NCBI RefSeq assembly: GCF_007748075.1
Contig: NZ_CP036280.1
Location: 1,620,001 to 1,652,000, forward strand
From: Mucisphaera calidilacus
GTDB taxonomy: Bacteria > Planctomycetota > Phycisphaerae > Phycisphaerales > Phycisphaeraceae
Length of the DNA: 32,000 bases
Reading direction: 5' to 3'
In this document: piece by piece, positions 8,216 to 16,162 of the stretch
Numbering within the stretch: position 1 is the stretch's first letter
Layout of the letters: every line of letters starts with the position of its first letter
Made by a program: the position numbers and the translations under genes
The notes under the pieces: generated by a model
What the model was told of the DNA's origin: nothing
The model's database searches: none
What the model saw: only the letters and a program-made list of their open reading frames with translations

Positions 8216-10375
8216 TCAGCCCGCATCCTCCCGGCTGTGTTCAGGATGCGATCGGATCGATGGATTGACCCAGTAGGCCCAGTCGTGCACGTTCGTCTCT
8301 CTGGCATCGACCTCGAGCGTCAGTGCAATCTGCCGCCCGCGGAGTGACGAGAGATCAACGCGGTGACGGCTTCGCTGCGCGTCCGTAACCGTCTTCTCGA
8401 AGAGCAGCTGGTCATGGTTCAGCACGCGATAGACGACTCCGTCACCGTTGCCCGCCATCAGGTAGAGACCGAAGGTCAGTTCCGGGCGGGGTTCGTCCGG
8501 CACCTTGAGGCGCAAGCGGAGCCGCGCGGGTTTTGTGCTTCCAGCCCCCGGGTGAAGGTAGATCGCCTGATCGACACCACCGTCGGCGCGAGGCCAGGTG
8601 CGCTGATGGCAATCGAGCGCGTTTGTGACCTCGGCCCGATCCAGTTGGTCGGCGAGCCGGATGATCCTGTCGGGGTCTGTCGGTGTGGGCCCGCGCTCTG
8701 GCGCACGATCCGGTAGCGGCCCGGTCATCACCACAGCGTCCTGCCAGGACGCGAGGTCGAGTATCGGCAGGGCAAAGCGGATGTTCTCGTACCACGACTC
8801 GGTGCCCGCGGCGCGGAAGACGTGCCAGATCCGCTTCCTGCGGCCGGGCGTGGAAGCGGGCGCCGGCTCGGGGAGAGCGGTCCAGAGTCCCAGGCGAAGC
8901 CCCCCCTCACCGCGGTGATCGACGTGGCGGTGCAGGATGTAGGCATCGATACCCGGGATCTGCCGAATCCGCTCGTAGGAGAGCGCGTAGGCGGCGGCCT
9001 GCAGGTTCTCGCCGTCCGGGTTGTCCTCGGTCTGAAACCCCTGCTCCGAGAGTATCAGCCGACGGGGCTTGTCCCGGTATCGGTTCTGGGGAAGCCTGAG
9101 ATACGCCGCGAGCACCTCGATGTTGCGAAAGGTCACCAGCGGGGTGTCGTAGGCGAAGGCCGTGCGATCGTCCATCCAGAACCTGGGGTTGGTCAGGTCC
9201 TGCGGGTACGGGTGATGGGCGACGTGCCAGCCGAAATCGCCCTGCGCCGCGCTCAACGCCACCAGGCGGTCCAGCAGCGCGCGTCCGGCGACGCAGCGCT
9301 CGGGATCGGTGGTGCTGGGTTGGGTCCAGCTGTGTGTCAGCGAGGCAAAGATCGGGATATCGGGGTGCCAGCGCCGGACGGAGAGCCATGCGACCCGCAG
9401 TTCATTGATGTAATGGCCTGCGACCTGTTCTTCGCTGGCGGGCCCCATGTTGTGCCAGATGCCGTGCGCATCAACCTCATTACCGATGATGTAGCCACCG
9501 ATCCAGCCGTGCTCCTTTCCGGGACTGCTGTAGCGTCCGGCCAGGAAATTCATCAGGCCCGCGTAGCGTGCGACGGCCTCGTGGGTGTGGAGGTTGAAAG
9601 CGGCGTACTGCACATCGCCGCGGTCTCGTTCTGTGGCGGGGTGCAGCCAGAGGTTGTCGCGTGTGCCATCGCCACGGCAGGGATTCAGAATGACCGCCAC
9701 GATGTTGACGCCCTGATCGGTCAACGCCCGGACGCGCTGATCGAGGGACGCGACCGCCTCGGGGTCCAGCCTCAATCTGACGCCCTGCTCGTGGCGGATC
9801 CACTGCGCCGGCGGGTCCGGGTCCGAGTCGCGCAGCAGCAGGCCGCTCAGCTTGATGTTGATGTGCGTGTGGCGTGCACCGAGTTCTGCGAGATCGGGGA
9901 TATCGACCGGGCAGGAAACCCCCTTGATGGGCTTCGGCCAGGGCATGGGGTGCTGACGCGTCGACAGGCCCGACACGTCGGTCACGCCAGACTCGTAGCG
10001 GCGGTCGTCAAGCCTGATACCAAAACGGTGGTAAAGCCGATCGTGCGCGCCCTCGAAGCGGGGGACGGTCAGCCCCTCGCGGGGAACGGGACCCGTGTAG
10101 AGCGATCGTGCATCCTCAGGAGGTGCGTGAACCGGTCGTGACTCGATGCGACAGACGCGTGCGTCGTGAGGAAACACGATGCGTATCGAAGCCCCGGTCG
10201 CGCTGATGACAAGTCCCGGTCGATGTTCGCCGGTCGAAACCCGCGTGTCGGCGTCGACACCTGTGTTGTCAGGGTGAACGCCACAAGCCGCCAGCAGCGC
10301 GATCAGGAACACCGCGGGGAGGCGGGTCAGGACGGAGGCGCACAGGCAACGCTTGACATCCATGCAGAAGAGCAT
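8216..10375 (-). CDS. Lipoprotein with a clan GH-A-like (beta/alpha)8 glycoside-hydrolase core and a C-terminal beta-sandwich; family unassigned
   Basis: Lipobox LIALLAAC/G. GGYIIGNEVDAHGIW resembles a clan GH-A acid/base Asn-Glu motif, and RRLILSEQGF resembles a nucleophile Glu motif. C-terminal ~150 aa (ELTFGLYLMAGNGDGVVYRV...HDWAYWVNPSI) look like a CBM-type sandwich. The start could be M1 (10375) or M5 (10363). Confidence 0.55.
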   Translation of the reverse strand: MLFCMDVKRCLCASVLTRLPAVFLIALLAACGVHPDNTGVDADTRVSTGEHRPGLVISATGASIRIVFPHDARVCRIESRPVHAPPEDARSLYTGPVPREGLTVPRFEGAHDRLYHRFGIRLDDRRYESGVTDVSGLSTRQHPMPWPKPIKGVSCPVDIPDLAELGARHTHINIKLSGLLLRDSDPDPPAQWIRHEQGVRLRLDPEAVASLDQRVRALTDQGVNIVAVILNPCRGDGTRDNLWLHPATERDRGDVQYAAFNLHTHEAVARYAGLMNFLAGRYSSPGKEHGWIGGYIIGNEVDAHGIWHNMGPASEEQVAGHYINELRVAWLSVRRWHPDIPIFASLTHSWTQPSTTDPERCVAGRALLDRLVALSAAQGDFGWHVAHHPYPQDLTNPRFWMDDRTAFAYDTPLVTFRNIEVLAAYLRLPQNRYRDKPRRLILSEQGFQTEDNPDGENLQAAAYALSYERIRQIPGIDAYILHRHVDHRGEGGLRLGLWTALPEPAPASTPGRRKRIWHVFRAAGTESWYENIRFALPILDLASWQDAVVMTGPLPDRAPERGPTPTDPDRIIRLADQLDRAEVTNALDCHQRTWPRADGGVDQAIYLHPGAGSTKPARLRLRLKVPDEPRPELTFGLYLMAGNGDGVVYRVLNHDQLLFEKTVTDAQRSRHRVDLSSLRGRQIALTLEVDARETNVHDWAYWVNPSIRSHPEHSREDAG

Positions 10376-10598
10376 AATGATGTTTTATATTAGAAACAAG
10401 TTATTCATATTTGAACACTTGTCGTTCGCGGAGTCAGCCCGATGCATCGCGTGAATCCGAGCACAACCTGCCCCTTCAACGACTTTCCGGCCGGCTGCCG
10501 TCGTGCGGCGCAGGACGACAACACCGTCATTCGGCTCACCCCTCAGGATGCAGGACGCCATGCGTCGTGCCGTTGAGTTCACCGAGAGGAATCTGTTC
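10376..10598. promoter_or_regulatory. Divergent intergenic control region with an AT-rich core
   Basis: This is the gap between the divergent genes starting at 10375 (-) and 10599 (+). There is a sharp local AT-rich stretch at about 10376-10415 (TAATGATGTTTTATATTAGAAACAAGTTATTCATATTTGAACA). A 6-bp inverted repeat ACAAGT (10396-10401) / ACTTGT (10417-10422) has a 15-nt spacer. No hexamers could be assigned with confidence. Confidence 0.4.
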
Positions 10599-13226
10599 AT
10601 GAAGACCCGGTCCACCTGCCCCCCCTTTCGGATCATGGCACTCGCGTTCTGCCTGATGCTGTCGCCTCTGGCTCGTGCCGAAGAAGCCTCCACCGAGGGA
10701 TACCGAGGTATCTGGTTCACGCTCGGCCAGTACCGAGGCCAGAAGTACGGCGACAAGTACGCCGGCGGTCTGGGCACCTACACCGCCAAGCACGTGCCCA
10801 TCGCGGCCTACGCCGCCGAGGCCAACAAGACCTTTTTTACCTACGGCGGCACGATCCACAACCAGAGACACCTGCTCATCATGGCGGGCAGCTACGACCA
10901 CAACGACGGCACCGTGTCGCGGCCGACGCTCGTGCACGACAAGCAGGGCGTCACGGATCCCCATGACAACGCGAGCATCTGCATCGATGACGACGGGCAC
11001 GTCTGGATCTTCGTGAGCGGCCGCGGCCGCGCGCGTCCCGGGTTCAAGTATCGAAGCGTCGAGCCTTACAGCATCGATGAGTTTGAGCGGGTGACCCAGG
11101 AGGAGATGACCTATCCCCAGCCCTGGTACCTGCCCAAGACCGGCTTTGTGCACATGTTCACCAAGTACGCCCGGGGCCGCGATCTCTACTGGGAGACCAG
11201 CCCCGACGGCCGGGAGTGGAGCGAGGACCACAAGCTGGTCGGCTTCGGCGGTCACTATCAGGTCACGGGGCGGCTGGGCACGCGCATCGTCTCGGCCTTC
11301 AACTGGCATCCCGAGCATCGTGTCGACCGCAGAACGAACCTCTACTTCATCCAGACGCACGACCACGGGCACACGTGGACCAACATCCATGGCGAGGCAC
11401 TGACGGTCCCCCTGGAATCACCCGACAACCCCGCGCTGGTCCGAGACTACGCCGGCGAGGGCATGCTGGTCTACATGAAGGACATCAACTTCGATGCCGA
11501 GGGCAACCCGGTCATCATGTACGTCACGAGTCACGGTCACTCGGCAGGGCCAGAGGGTGATCCCAGAGAACTCTGCGTCGCGCACTGGGACGGCTCGCAA
11601 TGGCAGTTTCACTCGATCAGCAGGACCGATCACAACTACGACATGGGCTCGCTGCACATCGAGCCTGACGGCACCTGGCGTGCGATCGCTCCGACGATCG
11701 ACGGCCCGCAGGTGTACGGCACCGGCGGCGAGATGGCGATGTGGGTCAGCCGTGACCGGGGCGTGTCCTGGGAGTTGGAGCAACAGATCACCTCAGGCAG
11801 CCTGTACAACCACACCTACGCGCGGCGACCGATGCCCGCGCATCCCGATTTTTACGCCCTGTGGGCCGACGGCAATGCCTTCGAGATGTCGCCCTCGAGA
11901 CTGTACTTCACGAATCAGGCCGGCGATCAGACCTACGTCCTGCCCGAGACCATGACGCAGCCGCGCATGCGGCCCGAGAAGTACCTGACACCAACGATAC
12001 ATTCCGTGAACGTGGGCACGGGCTGGGCAAAGAACACCGTCAACGCCCCGATCTTCCGGCAGCACGCACTGACCACGCACGGGCAGACCCAGTACATCGC
12101 TTTTTACAACGATGCCGGTGAAGTGGTCCTCGGCCGACGACCGATCGACCGTGAGGCGTGGGAACTCGTGACGACGCGCTACAAGGGTGACGTCAGGGAC
12201 GCGCACAACGCGATCAGCATGGCCGTCGATGGCCGTGGGGTTCTGCACCTAGCATGGGATCACCACGGGCACCCGCTTCAATACGCACGCTCTGTAGCAC
12301 CGGGCTCGCTTGAACTGACAGATCCTCAGCCGATGACCGGCGTGAACGAGGCAAGCGTGACGTACCCCGAGTTTTACAACCTCGCGAGCGGCGACCTGCT
12401 GTTCCTCTACCGGGAAGGCGTGTCCGGCCGCGGCCAGACCATGCTCAATCGGTATGACGTCGCAACCGGTGAATGGTCTCCCGTACAGCACCCGCTGATT
12501 GACGGCCAGGGACAACGCAATGCGTACACCAACCAGATCGCCATCGATCATCGCGGTTTCTGGCATATCTCGTGGGTGTGGCGGGAATCCGGGGACGTCG
12601 CCACCAATCACGGCCTCTGCTACGCGCGGTCCGAGGATCAGGGAAAGACCTGGGTCAAGACCGACGGCACGCCTTACACGCTGCCGATCACGGCGTGGAA
12701 TGCGGAGGTGGTCCAGAATGTTCCGCAGAAGAACGGGCTGATCAACCAGTGCTCCATGGCCGTTGACAGCCGGGGACGCCCGATGATCGCGACCTACTAC
12801 CGCCCTTCGGGGGCCGACGTCCCGCAGTACCACCTCGTCTGGTTCGATGGCACCGAATGGCACGCCCAGCAGGTTACGAAGCGCAGGACGCCATTTGACC
12901 TGAGCGGCGGGGGGACCAAGCGTATCCCCATGTCGCGTCCGAAACTTGCCGTCGACGATCAGGACCGGATCTACATGCTCTTCCGCGACGCAGAGCGAGG
13001 CGACCGGGTATCGGTCGCGATCTGCGATGACCCAACGCGCGCCGTGTGGACACGAACCGATCTGACGCGGGACTCTGTTGGTCAGTGGGAGCCCTGCTAC
13101 GACCAGCAGCGATGGCAGCAGGACAATGTCATGCACATCTACGTGCAGCGTGTCGGACAGGGCGACGGCGAGACCCTGGAGAACCTTCCGGCCCAGATGA
13201 TTTCCGTGCTCGAATGGACGCCCTGA
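10599..13226 (+). CDS. Secreted two-domain beta-propeller protein (BNR/Asp-box; C-terminal half resembles the BNR_4 family)
   Basis: GAGAGGA 8 nt upstream of the ATG at 10599. Signal peptide MKTRSTCPPFRIMALAFCLMLSPLARA/EE. Asp-box motifs SRDRGVSW and SEDQGKTW, plus a degenerate THDHGHTW. The second half has NAPIFRQHALTTHGQTQYIAFYND, DAHNAISMAVDGRGVLHLAWDHHGHPLQYARS and NQIAIDHRGFWHISWVWRE. The first half has parallel motifs (NASICIDDDGHVWIFVSGRG). Confidence 0.65.
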   Translation: MKTRSTCPPFRIMALAFCLMLSPLARAEEASTEGYRGIWFTLGQYRGQKYGDKYAGGLGTYTAKHVPIAAYAAEANKTFFTYGGTIHNQRHLLIMAGSYDHNDGTVSRPTLVHDKQGVTDPHDNASICIDDDGHVWIFVSGRGRARPGFKYRSVEPYSIDEFERVTQEEMTYPQPWYLPKTGFVHMFTKYARGRDLYWETSPDGREWSEDHKLVGFGGHYQVTGRLGTRIVSAFNWHPEHRVDRRTNLYFIQTHDHGHTWTNIHGEALTVPLESPDNPALVRDYAGEGMLVYMKDINFDAEGNPVIMYVTSHGHSAGPEGDPRELCVAHWDGSQWQFHSISRTDHNYDMGSLHIEPDGTWRAIAPTIDGPQVYGTGGEMAMWVSRDRGVSWELEQQITSGSLYNHTYARRPMPAHPDFYALWADGNAFEMSPSRLYFTNQAGDQTYVLPETMTQPRMRPEKYLTPTIHSVNVGTGWAKNTVNAPIFRQHALTTHGQTQYIAFYNDAGEVVLGRRPIDREAWELVTTRYKGDVRDAHNAISMAVDGRGVLHLAWDHHGHPLQYARSVAPGSLELTDPQPMTGVNEASVTYPEFYNLASGDLLFLYREGVSGRGQTMLNRYDVATGEWSPVQHPLIDGQGQRNAYTNQIAIDHRGFWHISWVWRESGDVATNHGLCYARSEDQGKTWVKTDGTPYTLPITAWNAEVVQNVPQKNGLINQCSMAVDSRGRPMIATYYRPSGADVPQYHLVWFDGTEWHAQQVTKRRTPFDLSGGGTKRIPMSRPKLAVDDQDRIYMLFRDAERGDRVSVAICDDPTRAVWTRTDLTRDSVGQWEPCYDQQRWQQDNVMHIYVQRVGQGDGETLENLPAQMISVLEWTP

Positions 13227-13312
13227 GTACGCGCACGGTTGACGGCAAGGGTCGCTGTGACAAGATAGCGCCCGGTCTGCCCCCGGAACACCCATCGATT
13301 GAAAGCAGAGCC

Positions 13313-14374
13313 ATGCAACGGAAACTGATCAGACTCACCACCCTCCTCACCCTGACGCTGGTTGCCGCGGCCTGTTCGAGCACGCAGACCGGCTCCGCCC
13401 CGACAACGGCGGACGAAGCTCCAACTCCAGCCGCCACGACGCAGCCCCGCACCACGCCGAGCATCTCTGCCGAGAAGAAGGCCGCGTTGCTGATCGACTA
13501 TCTCGCGGACAACTCGCGGCACTTGTCGCGGCTGACACCCGGTTATATCTACGAGCGTCTGCATCATCGCGAGGACTCCGCCGCGATCTGCGACGCCTTC
13601 GACAGGCTCCTCGTCGCCGTCGTGCCTGACGCGCACCAGCACCTCATCGACGAGCTTGAACTCGATTTCATTCATGATCCCGACACATCGTCGCTCGATC
13701 TTCTTAATTACGAGCTCAAGGTTCACTTCAGCACCTTCCCCTGGGAAGCGAACGACTACCCCGGCGGCCCCGAGGGGGCCAATGAGCAGCTGGCCGACAT
13801 CATGGTCGATGCGCTGGACATTGTGCGTCCGGAGCGACGCGCGAACCGATCACGGACCGCGGTCATCCGACGGGACGTCGTGACGGATGAGATATGGGCC
13901 TACATGCTGGCTCAGTGGACGCCGGTGCCGGGTGAGCCGGACTGGAAACTCAACCGCCACGCCGTAGACGCCTACGTACGGATGCGTGAAGCGGCGGCGG
14001 CCGACGGCGTCACGCTCAAGATCCGTTCGGGGCACCGTGATCCCGCCAAGGCCAAGCGGAACGCGGCTCGTCGCGGGAATCACTTCGCGACGGCCAGCTT
14101 CTCCGCGCATTCGCTGGGTCTCGCGATCGACTTCGCGCTGCCCGATCCCAAGAGTGATCGCGTCTTTGACATCACGACTTCGCCGATGCCCTACGTCGTG
14201 GCCATGCGCTATTCGCCCGTCCACAAGTGGATGCACCTGCGTGGCGAGCGGTTCGGGTGGTACCCCTTCCAGCACGAGCCCTGGCACTGGGAGTTCAACC
14301 CGCCCGGATTCCGCGAGGTTTTCTTTGCCGACTACCCCGGTGGCGCCCCCGACATGGAGCCCGTCTTCGAGTAA
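13313..14374 (+). CDS. Lipoprotein, VanY-like D-Ala-D-Ala carboxypeptidase (peptidase M15B) with a ~190-aa N-terminal region of unknown function
   Basis: Start at 13313 gives MQRKLIRLTTLLTLTLVAAAC/SS (lipobox). The motifs match exactly: SAHSLGLAID (SxHxxGxAxD) and EPWHWEF (ExxH), preceded by IRSGHRD. The upstream extension to 13046 overlaps the previous gene and is not signal-like. Confidence 0.8.
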   Translation: MQRKLIRLTTLLTLTLVAAACSSTQTGSAPTTADEAPTPAATTQPRTTPSISAEKKAALLIDYLADNSRHLSRLTPGYIYERLHHREDSAAICDAFDRLLVAVVPDAHQHLIDELELDFIHDPDTSSLDLLNYELKVHFSTFPWEANDYPGGPEGANEQLADIMVDALDIVRPERRANRSRTAVIRRDVVTDEIWAYMLAQWTPVPGEPDWKLNRHAVDAYVRMREAAAADGVTLKIRSGHRDPAKAKRNAARRGNHFATASFSAHSLGLAIDFALPDPKSDRVFDITTSPMPYVVAMRYSPVHKWMHLRGERFGWYPFQHEPWHWEFNPPGFREVFFADYPGGAPDMEPVFE

Positions 14375-14463
14375 CGAGACGTGACGGCAACGACATCGCG
14401 TGATCGGCGGCTGTGTCCCCGTGATCCCTTTCTCTGTGACGATTCAGCATCGAGAGGATCTGC

Positions 14464-15900
14464 ATGAGCACCACGACCTCGAAAGAGTCTGCCCCCGTGA
14501 TCTCCGAGGAGTACGAGCGCCAGCCCGTGCCCGCGTCGGCCCTCAAGGGGCCCGGCAAGTTCTGGGGCATGTACGCCGGCGAGCACGCGGCGGGCACCGA
14601 GTTCATGATCGGGCCTCTGTTTCTGGCCTGGGGCGTGGGGGCGCAGGACCTGATCCTCGGCCTGCTGCTCGGCAACCTGATGGCCGTGCTGAGCTGGCGT
14701 TACCTCTGCGCACCGATCGCGACCTCGGCACGCATGACGCTCTACTACCAGCTCGAGAAGATCGCCGGCGTCCGGCTGGTCACGCTCTACAACCTTGCCA
14801 ACGGTGTGCTGTTCTGCTTCCTGGCCGGTGCTATGATCACGGTCTCGGCCACAGCCGTGGGCATCCCCTTCAACATGGACATGCCCGCGTTCGGGCAGTT
14901 GATGCCCGACAGCGTGCTCTGGGTCGTGATCGTCGCCGTGGTCGGCATCGTGATCTCGCTCATCGCCGCGGCGGGCTACGACGTGGTGGCACGATTCGCC
15001 AATGCCGTCGCGCCGTGGATGGTGCTGGTCTTCCTTGCGTGCATCTTTCTGGCCCTGCCTCAGCTGGGCGTCGCCTCGCTGAGTGAGTTCTGGGACGCCG
15101 CCGGCGAACGCATATGGGTCGGCAAGGAAGACAATCGGTTTACCTTCTGGCACATCTTCTTCTTCGCCTGGTTCTGCAACGCTGCGATGCACGTCGGCAT
15201 GAGTGACCTGAGCGTGCTTCGGTACGCGAAGAAGCCGAGCTACGGCTGGGCGTCAGCGGCGGGCATGTACATCGGTCACTTCATGGCCTGGATCGCGGCG
15301 TCGCTGCTCTACGCCGTGCAGCTGTCCGAAGACCCCACCAACACAGCCGTCCTGCCCGGGCCGATGGCCTGGCAGGCCGCGGGACTGGCCGGTGTTGTCT
15401 GCGTGATCGTCGCCGGCTGGACCACCGCCAACCCCACGATCTACCGGGCCGGCCTGGCCTTTCAGGCGATCATGCCCAGACAGTCACGTTTCGTGGTCAC
15501 ACTGATCGCGGGGCTCGTGGCCACGGTCGCGGGCGTGTTCCCCGCTTTCGCGATGCGTCTGCTTGATTTCGTGGGAATCTACGGCACGATCCTGGCGCCG
15601 ATCGGAGCGGTGATCTTCGCCGACTGGTACCTGTCGAAGCGGCTTGGCATTCAGCCCTTCTACGCCGATCGCCAACGGGTCGGTATCAATCTGGCCGTCC
15701 TGCTGGCCTGGGCGATTCCCATCGGCGTCTCGATGTACATGATCTTCGGGCAGGGCATCTTTGCCTCGTTCTTCCCGCTCCCCTGCTGGATCGCGACGGG
15801 CCTGCTCTTCCTGCTCTTGAGTCGGGTCTTCAACCGGGGGCATGTCACGAACGATGAACCCGCACACGCTGCCGCTGACGGCGACCTTCCGAAGGAGTAA
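14464..15900 (+). CDS. NCS1 / purine-cytosine-permease-like (LeuT-fold) secondary transporter, substrate unknown
   Basis: GAGAGGA precedes the ATG. About 12 hydrophobic helices. N-terminal EEYERQPVPASA...W, mid SDLSVLRYAKKPS, GWTTANPTIYRAGLAFQAI and APIGAVIFADWYL resemble conserved NCS1/CodB segments. Confidence 0.6.
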   Translation: MSTTTSKESAPVISEEYERQPVPASALKGPGKFWGMYAGEHAAGTEFMIGPLFLAWGVGAQDLILGLLLGNLMAVLSWRYLCAPIATSARMTLYYQLEKIAGVRLVTLYNLANGVLFCFLAGAMITVSATAVGIPFNMDMPAFGQLMPDSVLWVVIVAVVGIVISLIAAAGYDVVARFANAVAPWMVLVFLACIFLALPQLGVASLSEFWDAAGERIWVGKEDNRFTFWHIFFFAWFCNAAMHVGMSDLSVLRYAKKPSYGWASAAGMYIGHFMAWIAASLLYAVQLSEDPTNTAVLPGPMAWQAAGLAGVVCVIVAGWTTANPTIYRAGLAFQAIMPRQSRFVVTLIAGLVATVAGVFPAFAMRLLDFVGIYGTILAPIGAVIFADWYLSKRLGIQPFYADRQRVGINLAVLLAWAIPIGVSMYMIFGQGIFASFFPLPCWIATGLLFLLLSRVFNRGHVTNDEPAHAAADGDLPKE

Positions 15901-15903
15901 GCC

Positions 15904-16113
15904 ATGACACCCCGACAGACAATCCACCTGCTTGTGGGCCTGCCCGGACTCCTGCTGACCCTGGCCCCGTCGCTGCTCTATTTCTACGGCGTCATCGAGC
16001 ACAGCACCACCAAGACGCTGATGCTGGTGGGCATGATTCTCTGGTTCGTCGCAGCGAGTGTCGCAGCCCTGCTTCAGGAGGGCGTTCGGCACGCAGCGTC
16101 CGATGAGGGCTAG
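15904..16113 (+). CDS. Small two-helix membrane protein translationally coupled to the permease
   Basis: GAAGGAG (15891-15897) lies inside the end of the permease gene, followed by TAA at 15898-15900 and ATG at 15904. The 69-aa product has two clear hydrophobic helices (LLVGLPGLLLTLAPSLLYFYGV; LMLVGMILWFVAASVAALL). Confidence 0.55.
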   Translation: MTPRQTIHLLVGLPGLLLTLAPSLLYFYGVIEHSTTKTLMLVGMILWFVAASVAALLQEGVRHAASDEG

Positions 16114-16162
16114 GGCATCCCGAGCAACAGGCCGGCCTGATCTTCCGCAGCCGTCGGCTCGC

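Noticed and set aside
8118-8216. A 33-codon N-terminal extension of the GH78 ORF (MSHELNEEQPRHG...).
   Set aside because: The extension is hydrophilic and precedes an obvious signal peptide. AAGGAG lies 9 nt before the internal ATG at 8117. The long form would start exactly at the stop of the upstream gene with no ribosome-binding site.
10503-10598. A 32-codon upstream extension of the propeller ORF (MRRRTTTPSFGSPLRMQDAMRR...).
   Set aside because: The internal ATG at 10599 is preceded by GAGAGGA and followed by a clean signal peptide. The extension reaches into the divergent promoter region.
13046-13312. An 89-codon upstream extension of the VanY-like ORF, overlapping the end of the propeller gene.
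   Set aside because: It overlaps the well-supported 10599-13226 CDS in another frame and has an Arg/Gly/Ala-rich, non-signal composition. The ATG at 13313 gives a textbook lipoprotein signal.
13650-13720. A local GC dip inside the VanY-like gene, considered as a possible insertion or recombination scar.
   Set aside because: The reading frame is uninterrupted and I saw no flanking direct or inverted repeats. It is too short to call as compositional anomaly without computing statistics.
16128-16139. A perfect 12-nt palindrome CAGGCCGGCCTG between the convergent genes ending at 16113 and 16163, considered as a possible terminator.
   Set aside because: The palindrome has no loop, so it can form at most a 4-bp stem, and there is no U-tract. 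It is more likely a chance GC palindrome (it contains GGCCGGCC) than a terminator.
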